Of a stretch of 36,467 nt of DNA, positions 1-8,419 are shown one piece after another (positions within the stretch are counted from its first letter, which is position 1; each line of letters begins with the position of its first letter). Source of the stretch: a virus (taxonomy: Duplodnaviria > Caudoviricetes); IMG/VR virus record IMGVR_UViG_3300028025_001304, positions 1-36,467 of that record. One strand, 5' to 3'. Made by a program: the position numbers and the translations under genes. The notes under the pieces are model-generated. The model made no database searches and was not told where the DNA came from. It saw nothing but the letters and a program-made list of their open reading frames with translations.

Positions 1-2
1 TC

Positions 3-1202
3 GTGGTGTCGGCTAACAGCGAGTCGCAACTGCGCTCAGTCACATGGGGCGAGCTGACTAAGTGGCAGGCCATGATCATCAACGCGCATTGGTGGGAGAT
101 CAGCGCGACTAAACTCGTGCCAGCCAAGTGGGTGTGTGAGCTAGTCGAGCGCGACTTGAAGAAGGGGACGCGGTACTGGGCGGCTGAGGGTAAGCTGTGG
201 AGTGAGGAGAACCCAGACAGCTACGCGGGTGTGCATAACCACGACGGCATGATGTTAATATTTGATGAAGCGAGTGGCATACCTGACGGCATCTGGTCCG
301 TGGGGGCAGGCTTTTTCACGGAGAACATATTAGATCGGTATTGGTTCGCGTTCAGCAACCCGCGCCGTAACCAAGGCTACTTTTTTGAGTGCTTCAACTC
401 TAAGCGCGACTTTTGGAACGGGAGACAGATAGATGCACGTCAGGTCGAGGATACAGATAAAGCGGTTTACGAACAGATTATTGCCGAGTATGGTGAGGAC
501 TCGTCGCAGGCGCGGGTCGAGGTATATGGTGAGTTTCCATCAGCAGGTGAAGATCAGTTTATTAGCCCGACACTTGTCGAGGACGCGTTCAAGCGTGAGA
601 GATATAAGGATACGTCTGCGCCTATCGTTATCGGCGTTGATCCAGCACGCGGGGGCGCGGATAGCACGGTCATCCTTGTGCGTCAAGGGCGTGACATCAT
701 TAGCATCAAGCGCTACCAAGGCGAGGACACGATGTCTATCGTTGGGCGTGTCATCGAGGCGATAGAAGAGTTCAAGCCCGTGATGACAGTCATTGACGAA
801 GGCGGCCTGGGGTATGGCATATTGGATCGGCTAACCGAGCAACGCTACAAGGTCAGAGGTGTGAACTTCGGATCACGCGCTAAGAACAGCATCATGTGGG
901 GCAACAAACGGGCAGAGATGTGGGGCGCCATGAGAGAGTGGCTCAAGACTGCGAGCATACCAGAGGATAAAAAACTCAAGTCAGACCTGACAGGGCCTAT
1001 GAAGAAGCCGAACAGTAGCGGTACGATCTTCTTAGAAGGTAAGAAAGAGATGAAGGCAAGAGGCATGGCAAGTCCTGATGCAGCGGACGCACTATGCGTC
1101 ACGTTTGCATTTCCAGTAGCGCATCGTGAGTATGTTGACAAAGGCATAAAAAAGTCGTATGCTAACGGTGGCGGTATATCTAGTTCATGGATGGGAAGTT
1201 AA
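3..1202 (+). CDS. terL: Terminase large subunit (5'-truncated at window edge)
   Basis: Walker B LIFDEA, coupling motif FSNP, VYGEF, RNase H-like nuclease motifs IGVDPARGGAD, IDEGGLG and SPDAADAL; lies upstream of the portal. Confidence 0.95.
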   Translation: MVSANSESQLRSVTWGELTKWQAMIINAHWWEISATKLVPAKWVCELVERDLKKGTRYWAAEGKLWSEENPDSYAGVHNHDGMMLIFDEASGIPDGIWSVGAGFFTENILDRYWFAFSNPRRNQGYFFECFNSKRDFWNGRQIDARQVEDTDKAVYEQIIAEYGEDSSQARVEVYGEFPSAGEDQFISPTLVEDAFKRERYKDTSAPIVIGVDPARGGADSTVILVRQGRDIISIKRYQGEDTMSIVGRVIEAIEEFKPVMTVIDEGGLGYGILDRLTEQRYKVRGVNFGSRAKNSIMWGNKRAEMWGAMREWLKTASIPEDKKLKSDLTGPMKKPNSSGTIFLEGKKEMKARGMASPDAADALCVTFAFPVAHREYVDKGIKKSYANGGGISSSWMGS

Positions 1203-1203
1203 A

Positions 1204-1485
1204 ATGGCTACAAAAAAAGCACATGACAAACCTATTGCGCGTACTACTAAAGGTAAAGACGCAAACTACAAGCCTACAGAGCAAGGCGCTGGCATGACAG
1301 CTAAAGGCCGTGCAGAGTATAACGCCAAGAACAATAGTAACTTAAAAGCACCAGCACCAAACCCAAAGACAAAAGCCGACGAAGGCCGTAAAGCATCGTT
1401 CTGTGCTAGAATGGGTGGCGTAGTGAAAAATGCTAAAGGTGAAGCACCTAGAGCAAAAGCAGCACTTAAAAAATGGAAATGTTAA
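1204..1485 (+). CDS. Small basic phage protein (RKASFCARM...LKKWKC, DUF6321-like)
   Basis: ATG at 1204 directly after the terL stop (the track start at 1159 overlaps terL); Lys/Ala-rich; family name from recall only. Confidence 0.7.
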   Translation: MATKKAHDKPIARTTKGKDANYKPTEQGAGMTAKGRAEYNAKNNSNLKAPAPNPKTKADEGRKASFCARMGGVVKNAKGEAPRAKAALKKWKC

Positions 1486-1492
1486 GGACATT

Positions 1493-1651
1493 ATGATGGC
1501 AGCTAAACCAGGTTTATACGCAAATATTCACGCAAAGCAAGAACGCATTAAAGCAGGTTCAGGCGAAAAGATGAGAAAGCCTGGTGCTAAAGGCGCACCA
1601 ACAGCTAAAGACTTTAAAGAGTCAGCTAAGACAGCTAAGAAAGGTAAGTAA
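1493..1651 (+). CDS. Small Lys-rich protein (GLYANIHAK...AKTAKKGK)
   Basis: AAGGA RBS before ATG 1493/1496; tightly packed in the operon. Confidence 0.7.
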   Translation: MMAAKPGLYANIHAKQERIKAGSGEKMRKPGAKGAPTAKDFKESAKTAKKGK

Positions 1652-1652
1652 A

Positions 1653-1793
1653 ATGCCGTTAAAAAAGTCACCAAGCAAAAGTGCGTTTCGTGAAAACGTC
1701 AAAGCAGAGATTAAAGCAGGCAAACCAATTAAACAAGCTGTTGCAATTGCGTACTCAGCAAAAAGAGAAGCTACTAAAAAAGGTAACAAATGA
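1653..1793 (+). CDS. Small Lys-rich protein (MPLKKS...KQAVAIAYS)
   Basis: ATG 1653 lies 1 nt after the previous stop, with AAGG upstream; ATGA overlap with the next gene. Confidence 0.7.
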   Translation: MPLKKSPSKSAFRENVKAEIKAGKPIKQAVAIAYSAKREATKKGNK

Positions 1794-2068
1794 GACTTAA
1801 ACCATTAAGCGACTGCATCGTAGTAGAGCAAGACGAAGAAAAAGTAAGCAGTATTATTTTTGTACCAGGTGCTAAGAAGTTGTTTAGCGGATATGTACGC
1901 GCAATTGGCCCAGGGAAGAAATTAGAAAATGGAAACTTATCAAATATGGATGTTCAAGTTGGGGATCATATTATGTTTGGTGAGTACACAGGTCAAACGA
2001 CGACTATCGACGGTAAAGATTACCTAATGATGCGTAACACGGAAGTGATTGGACTGATAAATGAGTGA
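1790..2068 (+). CDS. groES: GroES/Cpn10-like co-chaperonin
   Basis: LKPLSD-IVV N-terminus, VRAIGPGK-LENG, DVQVGDHIMF, IDGKDYLMM follow the GroES pattern; 92 aa. Confidence 0.9.
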   Translation: MRLKPLSDCIVVEQDEEKVSSIIFVPGAKKLFSGYVRAIGPGKKLENGNLSNMDVQVGDHIMFGEYTGQTTTIDGKDYLMMRNTEVIGLINE

Positions 2069-4256
2069 TGAAATGGTAACCGTCGGTGTTGTCGCTAATG
2101 GCGGCAACAAGAAAAGCGATCCTAGGGATATGCTGGCTACAATGCGTAGCCGTTTTTCTATGGCGGTTTCTGCTTACTCAGAGTCAAGAGAAGATGAACT
2201 TGACGACTTACGTTTTGAGGCGGGTTCGCCTGACAACCAATGGCAATGGCCTGCGGATGTGTTGGCAACACGTGGTTCAGTACAAGGCCAAACAATTAAT
2301 GCTAGACCTTGCTTAACAATCAACAAGTTACCGCAACACGTTCATCAAGTTACTAATGAACAACGCCAAAACCGACCTTCGGTGAAGGTAATTCCTGTGG
2401 ATGATAATGCTGACGTAGAGGTCGCAGAGATATTCGAGGGAGTTATTAGGCATATTGAATATATTTCAGATGCAGATGTCGCATACGACACCGCATGTGA
2501 GAATCAGGTCACCTATGGTGAAGGTTACATCCGTGTACTAACTAAATATTGCGACGACAATACATTTGATCAAGACATCTACATTGGTCGCATCCGCAAT
2601 TCCTTTAGCGTGTACATGGACCCTACAATCCAAGACCCAACTGGCGCTGATGCTGAATGGTGTTTTATTACAGAGGATATGACAAAAGCTGAATACGAGC
2701 GTCAATTCCCTGATGCAGCGCCAATATCATCCATTATGCAGCAAGGTGTAGGCGACTCTTCACTAAGCCAATGGTTAACAGAAGATACAGTCCGTATCGC
2801 AGAGTATTTTTACATAGATCACACGCCTTCTAAGCTAAATCTATACCGTGGCAACATCTCAGTAGTAGAAAATAGCCCTGAAGATAAGCAAATGAAAGAG
2901 ATGGGCCAAAAACCTATCAAGTCACGTACTGCTGACGTTAAAAAAGTCAAGTGGCTAAAGACAAACGGCTTTGAAATCTTACAAGAACAAGAGTGGGCAG
3001 GTTGCTACATCCCTGTCGTGCGCGTAGTAGGTAACGAGTATGAAGTAGATGGACGATTGTACGTGTCTGGCCTTATACGTAATGCAAAAGATGCACAACG
3101 TATGTACAACTACTGGGTTTCACAAGAAGCTGAGATGTTGGCATTGGCGCCAAAAGCACCATTTATTGGTTACGGCGGTCAATTTGAAGGCTACGAGACT
3201 CAATGGAAAACTGCAAACACGACAAATTGGCCTTATTTAGAGGTTAACCCTGACGCAACAGATGGTGCAGGCGCTGTATTACCTTTACCGCAACGTGCGC
3301 AACCACCAATGGCTTCTAGTGGTCTATTACAAGCAAAAGCAGGCGCTTCAGACGATATTAAGTCATCTACAGGTCAATATGACTCTAGTTTAGGTGCAAC
3401 GAGCAACGAACGCTCAGGAAGAGCGATTTTAGCGAGAGAAAAACAAGGCGATACGGGTACATACCACTATATTGACAATTTAGCACGTGCTATTCGTCAT
3501 ATTGGACGTCAATTAGTGGATTTAATCCCAAAAATCTACGATACAGAGCGTGTTGCACGTATTATTGGCATTGATGGCGAAGTAAAATCAGCGAAAATTA
3601 ACCCTGATCAGCCTGAACCAATCAAGAAAATAGTAGATGAAACAGGCATTGTAATTGAGAAAATCTACAATCCTAGCGTTGGTAAGTACGACATTGCGGT
3701 GTCTACTGGCCCAAGTTACATGACAAAACGTCAAGAATCATTAGATGCGATGAGCCAACTATTGCAAGGCAACCCACAATTGTGGCAAGTGGCTGGCGAT
3801 TTGTTTGTTAAGAACATGGATTGGCCTGGCGCACAAGAAATGGCTAAACGCTTTGCTAAAACGATTGATCCTAAGCTATTAAGCGATCAAGATGAGGACC
3901 CAGCATTAGCGGCAGCAAATCAACAATTAGAAGCGATGGGTCAAGAGCTAGATCAGCTACATAGCATGTTGCAAAATGTTAGCAAGTCTATGGAAGCGCA
4001 AGATTTGGCGATTAAAGAGCAAGAAGCTAACATTAAAGCTTACGATGCTGAAACTAAACGTATTAGCGCAGTCCAAGCGTCTATGTCGCCAGAACAGATA
4101 CAAGATATTGTAATGGGTACTGTGAATGGCATGTTAGATAGCGGCGACTTAGTAGGCATGATGCCAGACCGAGATATGCCTGACGAAATGCCACAAGGCG
4201 AGATGCCAATGCAAGAAGAACAGCCTATGATGCCACCTGAAGGGATGCAACAATGA
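2061..4256 (+). CDS. Portal protein, P22 gp1-like
   Basis: 731 aa; RPCLTINKL, YGEGYIRV, GLIRNAKDAQRMYNY, SGRAILAR, GKYD-V-GPSY-TKRQE motifs; C-terminal Gln-rich coiled-coil barrel. Confidence 0.92.
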   Translation: MSDEMVTVGVVANGGNKKSDPRDMLATMRSRFSMAVSAYSESREDELDDLRFEAGSPDNQWQWPADVLATRGSVQGQTINARPCLTINKLPQHVHQVTNEQRQNRPSVKVIPVDDNADVEVAEIFEGVIRHIEYISDADVAYDTACENQVTYGEGYIRVLTKYCDDNTFDQDIYIGRIRNSFSVYMDPTIQDPTGADAEWCFITEDMTKAEYERQFPDAAPISSIMQQGVGDSSLSQWLTEDTVRIAEYFYIDHTPSKLNLYRGNISVVENSPEDKQMKEMGQKPIKSRTADVKKVKWLKTNGFEILQEQEWAGCYIPVVRVVGNEYEVDGRLYVSGLIRNAKDAQRMYNYWVSQEAEMLALAPKAPFIGYGGQFEGYETQWKTANTTNWPYLEVNPDATDGAGAVLPLPQRAQPPMASSGLLQAKAGASDDIKSSTGQYDSSLGATSNERSGRAILAREKQGDTGTYHYIDNLARAIRHIGRQLVDLIPKIYDTERVARIIGIDGEVKSAKINPDQPEPIKKIVDETGIVIEKIYNPSVGKYDIAVSTGPSYMTKRQESLDAMSQLLQGNPQLWQVAGDLFVKNMDWPGAQEMAKRFAKTIDPKLLSDQDEDPALAAANQQLEAMGQELDQLHSMLQNVSKSMEAQDLAIKEQEANIKAYDAETKRISAVQASMSPEQIQDIVMGTVNGMLDSGDLVGMMPDRDMPDEMPQGEMPMQEEQPMMPPEGMQQ

Positions 4257-4615
4257 AAGCCTGTGATTTCGTAGGGATACTATTCTTAGCAAGAGATGTA
4301 ACGCACTCCGTTCATCTTAATACACGTAGCTATTCAAAGCATAAAGCACTACAAAGGTTCTATGAGAACATTATTGAGTTAGCAGATAACTTTGCTGAAG
4401 CCTATCAAGGCCGTCATGGTTTGATGGGACCAATAACCTTGCAGACAGCTAAAAAGACTACTAATGTCGTTCAATTTTTAGAAAATCAACTAGAAGAAAT
4501 TGAAGCAGACAGATACAAGATTTGTGATAAAGATGATTCTACAATACAGAATCTGATTGACGAAATTGTAGCGCTTTACTTAGCAACGCTATATAAATTA
4601 AGGTTCTTAGCATGA
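4253..4615 (+). CDS. Ferritin/Dps-like four-helix protein (DUF5856-like)
   Basis: HSVHL...HKAL..FYE...D.FAEAYQG...NLIDEI...LYKLRFL pattern. Confidence 0.7.
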   Translation: MKACDFVGILFLARDVTHSVHLNTRSYSKHKALQRFYENIIELADNFAEAYQGRHGLMGPITLQTAKKTTNVVQFLENQLEEIEADRYKICDKDDSTIQNLIDEIVALYLATLYKLRFLA

Positions 4616-4812
4616 CCGTTTCAGTTACCCACTCTACACCTGCAGACGGCACTTTTAGTGCTGCAGGCGCTACAGCGTGGAACGCTACCCACACCTTGTC
4701 AGGCGTAGGTACAATGGCGGAACAAGATGCTAATGCAGTTGCAATTACTGGCGGTACGATTACAGTCACTACTTTAACTGCAACAACAGGCATCAGCGGC
4801 GGGGTATTCTAA
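4612..4812 (+). CDS. Small virion/fibre-like protein ending GISGGVF
   Basis: Thr/Ala/Gly-rich with a GTMAEQDANAVAITGGTI fibre-type motif; ATGA and TAATG overlaps with neighbours. Confidence 0.65.
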   Translation: MTVSVTHSTPADGTFSAAGATAWNATHTLSGVGTMAEQDANAVAITGGTITVTTLTATTGISGGVF

Positions 4813-4928
4813 TGAATAGCTTTTTTGGCGGTGCATTTTTTGCAGGTGGGTTTTTTCAGAGTATTATTACTGCAGGTCAACAATTTTTGATCGAAATTAG
4901 ATCATTTACACAAAGTAGGAGAATTTAA
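4812..4928 (+). CDS. 38-aa protein MNSFFGGAFFAGGFFQ... (not in ORF track)
   Basis: TAATG coupling upstream; stop abuts the ATG at 4929; fills the gap exactly. Confidence 0.6.
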   Translation: MNSFFGGAFFAGGFFQSIITAGQQFLIEIRSFTQSRRI

Positions 4929-5234
4929 ATGTCAGTTAACTTAAAAGCTATTACCACACGTCTAGGGTATCAGCAAATTACAACACTTACCTCGGCTACA
5001 GGATTGACAGTTCCTTATGTTGATTTAAACGGGCTTAATTGCAGACCTTCTATTGCATTGATTACACCTGAAACGCAAGCCGTTCGTTGGCGCGATGATG
5101 ATGTTAACCCTACAGCATCTGTAGGCATGCCATTAGCAGCAGGCGTTACATTACAGTACGATGGTGATTTGACTAAGATCAAATTTATTGAGCAAACAGC
5201 TAGTGCTAAAATTAATATCAGCTACTACGCATAG
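4929..5234 (+). CDS. Hypothetical small beta-rich virion protein
   Basis: AGGAG RBS; position in head operon; VRWRDD..PTASVGMPL motif. Confidence 0.65.
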   Translation: MSVNLKAITTRLGYQQITTLTSATGLTVPYVDLNGLNCRPSIALITPETQAVRWRDDDVNPTASVGMPLAAGVTLQYDGDLTKIKFIEQTASAKINISYYA

Positions 5235-5244
5235 GGGTTAAAAA

Positions 5245-5742
5245 ATGGATATTTCAAACGGTAATGGCGGTATTAATTCAGGAAAATTAGTAGATTATTT
5301 TACTAAACAGTTCCTTAAAGACTTAGGCGAGATGGCTGCATTAAAAGCTGAACTTGAAGCTCGTCAAGGTGCTTTGTCAGCAGTAGAAGATGCTAACAAG
5401 TTACGTGCAGATGCAGATGCTTATGCCGCAGCTAAGAAAGCTGAAGCTGACGACAATTTACTTGCAGCTAAACTTAAAAACGCTGAGTCAGACATTAGAA
5501 AGATTAATTTAGATAAAACTGTAACTTCTTTTGAAGTAACTGCAAAAACAGTTAATGAAGATTTAGATGCTCGTGAAAAATCACTTTCTGGTAAACTAAA
5601 AAGCTTGACAGAATCAGAAGCAGCCGTAGCTAAAGCTAACGAAAAAGCAGAAGCACTACTAGCAACGCTTGAAGCTGATCGTGCTACATTAGATGCACGT
5701 ATTAAAGCGTTCCAAGCAAAAGTAGCAGCAATAAACGTATAA
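5245..5742 (+). CDS. Coiled-coil protein of unknown function
   Basis: Ala/Glu/Lys-rich heptad-like sequence; AGGGG RBS. Confidence 0.7.
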   Translation: MDISNGNGGINSGKLVDYFTKQFLKDLGEMAALKAELEARQGALSAVEDANKLRADADAYAAAKKAEADDNLLAAKLKNAESDIRKINLDKTVTSFEVTAKTVNEDLDAREKSLSGKLKSLTESEAAVAKANEKAEALLATLEADRATLDARIKAFQAKVAAINV

Positions 5743-5753
5743 TAAAAACTGTA

Positions 5754-5785
5754 CTAGTGCAGTTCACTAGGGTTTCTAAGGAAAC
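5754..5785 (+). promoter_or_regulatory. Tandem hairpins in the scaffold leader, the second covering the RBS
   Basis: CTAGTG(5754-59)/CACTAG(5765-70) and GTTTC(5772-76)/GAAAC(5781-85), the latter overlapping AAGGA. Confidence 0.4.
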
Positions 5786-5788
5786 AAA

Positions 5789-6574
5789 ATGAGTGAAAAC
5801 CAAGAAGTAGAAGTAATAGCGGAAGTACCCGCGCCAGAGACAGAAGTTACGACAGCTCCTGAAACTGATGCACCAGCAGTAGAAGTGTCGGAAGAAAAGC
5901 CAGCAGAAGCCACTAAAGTATTCTCACAAGAAGAACTAGATGCAGCCATTGGCAAACGCTTGGCAAGAGAACAACGTAAATGGGAAAGAGATCGTGCTGC
6001 TCAGGCTTCAACACCTGTAGCGCCTAAAGATGTCCCTGCGCCTGATCAGTTTGAATCAGTAGAAGCGTATGCCGAAGCATTGGCAATACAAAAAGCTGAA
6101 CAGTTGATTGAGCAAAGAGAACAACAAAGGCAACAGCATGAAATTTTAGAGTCCTACCACGACAAGGAAGAAGAAGCACGAGCAAAGTATGACGACTTCG
6201 AGCAAGTTGCATACAACCCTAGTGTTCCTATTACTCAAGTGATGGCTCAATCTATTCAAGCTTCAGATGTAGGTCCTGACCTGGCTTATTACCTAGGGAC
6301 AAACATTAAAGAAGCTGAACGTATTGCTCGTTTAGCGCCAATCTTACAAGCAAAAGAAATTGGCAGACTTGAAGCAAAAATTGCTAACGAGCCTGTTACT
6401 AAGAAAACAACAAGCGCACCTGCGCCTATATCGCCTGTGACGGCTAAAGGTAGTGGTTCACCAGCGTATGACACGACAGACCCTAGGTCTGTAAAAACGA
6501 TGTCTACATCTGATTGGATTGCGGCTGAAAGAGCTAGACAAGCAAAGGCATGGGAAGCGAAAAAAAATAGATAG
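5789..6574 (+). CDS. Scaffolding protein
   Basis: Acidic Pro-rich N-terminus, coiled coil, GPDLAYYLG, EIGRLEAK, APAPISPV and a basic C-terminal helix; lies before the coat gene. Confidence 0.85.
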   Translation: MSENQEVEVIAEVPAPETEVTTAPETDAPAVEVSEEKPAEATKVFSQEELDAAIGKRLAREQRKWERDRAAQASTPVAPKDVPAPDQFESVEAYAEALAIQKAEQLIEQREQQRQQHEILESYHDKEEEARAKYDDFEQVAYNPSVPITQVMAQSIQASDVGPDLAYYLGTNIKEAERIARLAPILQAKEIGRLEAKIANEPVTKKTTSAPAPISPVTAKGSGSPAYDTTDPRSVKTMSTSDWIAAERARQAKAWEAKKNR

Positions 6575-6596
6575 GTCTGATGATTTCATGTATAAT
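6568..6596 (+). promoter_or_regulatory. Putative sigma70 promoter for the HNH gene (leaderless transcript)
   Basis: TAGATA(6568-73)-17 bp-TATAAT(6591-96), then 6 nt to ATG 6603; no RBS. Confidence 0.5.
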
Positions 6597-6602
6597 GATT
6601 AC

Positions 6603-7163
6603 ATGAATAAAGCAGACGAAAATTATATGATGGCATCCTCTTATCAAGAGGTCGAAGATTTAAGGCGGGAACGCAATAAAGAAGCGGCAGCAAGATATAG
6701 AGAACGAAATCGGGAAAAGGTTAACCAACGCATGCGCGATTGGCGGGACGCAAATCGGGAGAAATCCCGTGAACATGCTCGTGAATGGCGTAATCGTAAG
6801 TTAGCGAATGGTACTGCTGAAGAAATTGCAGATTTTAGGGCAAAAGAAGCAGCTAAGACTAGACGCACACAATCGGTATGCAAAGATGAAATTTATGCCG
6901 CGTATGGCGGATATATTTGTGCATGTTGCGGTGAATCTGAACCTATGTTTTTGTCGATAGATCATATACATAATAACGGGGCTGAAGAAAGAAAAGCTGG
7001 GCTATACCGTGGAAGCGGAACAGCGTTTTATCAATGGCTTCGTAAAAATAAGTTTCCTTCGGGATACCAAGTATTATGTATGAACTGTCAAGTCGGGAAA
7101 CATAAAAACGGTGGCGTATGCCCTCATCAAACTTCCGCTAACTTAAAAGGAAACTTATTATGA
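6603..7163 (+). CDS. Free-standing HNH-type endonuclease
   Basis: Arg-rich N-terminal helix, CACC, LSIDHIHNNG, QVLCMNC; inserted between scaffold and coat; start chosen at ATG 6603. Confidence 0.8.
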   Translation: MNKADENYMMASSYQEVEDLRRERNKEAAARYRERNREKVNQRMRDWRDANREKSREHAREWRNRKLANGTAEEIADFRAKEAAKTRRTQSVCKDEIYAAYGGYICACCGESEPMFLSIDHIHNNGAEERKAGLYRGSGTAFYQWLRKNKFPSGYQVLCMNCQVGKHKNGGVCPHQTSANLKGNLL

Positions 7164-8362
7164 GTAACTCAATATTAACCATTGACATGATCACACGCAA
7201 AGCGTTGGAGATCTTGGAAAACAACCTAGTGATCACACGTAACGTGAATCGTCAGTACGATGATTCTTTTGCCGTAGAAGGCGCTAAAATTGGTTCTACA
7301 TTGCGTATCCGTTTACCAGATCGCGCTTTAGTAACTGACGGTGCAGCTCTACAAGTTCAAGATGACAACGAACAGTTCACAACATTGACTGTTGCACAAC
7401 AAAAACACATTGGTGTTAACTTCACATCTGCTGAATTGACTATGCAATTAGATGACTTTGCAGAACGTGTATTAAAACCACGTATCTCACAATTGGCTTC
7501 TAGCGTTGATGCTGACGTTGCAAACGCATACAAAGCAATCTACAACTCAGTAGGTACACCAGGTACTACGCCATCAACTTCATTGGTATTGTTGCAAGCT
7601 CAACAAAAACTAAACGAAGGTGCTGCTGTAATGTCACCACGTTACGCTACTGTTAACCCTGCTGCTAACGCTGGCTTGGTTGAAGGTATGAAAGGTTTGT
7701 TTAACCCAACTGACACAGTTTCACGTCAATTCAAAAACGGTATGATGGGTATGGGCGTATTGGGCTTCGAAGAAGTTAACATGTCTCAATCAATCAAACA
7801 ACACACTACTGGTGCATGGGGTACAGCAATCACAGTTACTTCAACAATTACTGCTGAAGGTACAAGCTCTATCGGTTTGAGCTTCACAGGTTCAAGCAAA
7901 ACATGGAACGTAGGCGACATCTTTACAATCGCTAACGTTTATGCAGTTAACCCACAAACACGTGAAACAACTGGTTCATTGCAACAATTTACAGTAACTG
8001 CTGCTGCAACAGGTTCTTCAACAACAACAGTTTCAGTATCTCCTGCTTTGTACACTCCAAACAACGCATTGGCAACTGTAGACAGTTTCCCAGTAGCAGG
8101 CGCTGTGGTAACTATGTTCGGTGCAGCTTCAACACAATACGCACAAAACTTGGTTTACCATAAAGATGCAATCACTTTTGCAACTGCTGACTTGTTGTTA
8201 CCACAAGGCGTAGACATGGCTTCACGTCAAGTACACAATGGCATCTCACTACGTGTTGTTCGTCAATATGACATCAACAACGATCGTTTGCCTTGCCGTA
8301 TTGACGTTCTATATGGCTTTGCTACAATTCGTCCACAAATGGCTACCCGTATCTGGGGTTAG
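7160..8362 (+). CDS. Major capsid protein, P22 coat-like
   Basis: 400 aa; KIGSTLRIRLP, LDDFAER-LKP, YHKDAITFATADL..P, RIDVLYG...IRP; strongly biased codon usage; AAAGGAAA RBS. Confidence 0.92.
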   Translation: MSNSILTIDMITRKALEILENNLVITRNVNRQYDDSFAVEGAKIGSTLRIRLPDRALVTDGAALQVQDDNEQFTTLTVAQQKHIGVNFTSAELTMQLDDFAERVLKPRISQLASSVDADVANAYKAIYNSVGTPGTTPSTSLVLLQAQQKLNEGAAVMSPRYATVNPAANAGLVEGMKGLFNPTDTVSRQFKNGMMGMGVLGFEEVNMSQSIKQHTTGAWGTAITVTSTITAEGTSSIGLSFTGSSKTWNVGDIFTIANVYAVNPQTRETTGSLQQFTVTAAATGSSTTTVSVSPALYTPNNALATVDSFPVAGAVVTMFGAASTQYAQNLVYHKDAITFATADLLLPQGVDMASRQVHNGISLRVVRQYDINNDRLPCRIDVLYGFATIRPQMATRIWG

Positions 8363-8370
8363 TCTAGGTA

Positions 8371-8392
8371 AGCCCCACTTCGGTGGGGTTTC
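8371..8392 (+). terminator. cUUCGg hairpin after the coat gene (weak terminator or stabiliser)
   Basis: AGCCCCAC-TTCG-GTGGGGTT with only a short T tail. Confidence 0.65.
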
Positions 8393-8419
8393 AACATTAT
8401 ATTAGTAAAGGAAATTATC

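Noticed and set aside
433-1147. Alternative-frame and antisense ORFs inside terL (and similar ones inside portal, polymerase and primase)
   Set aside because: Fully nested in well-supported genes, with no RBS or motifs; expected by chance.
6519-6602. Track N-terminal extension of the HNH ORF (likewise the 1159, 1430, 1584, 15490, 25991, 26978 and 36083 starts)
   Set aside because: Most extensions overlap upstream genes; downstream ATGs have better RBS, promoter or coupling support.
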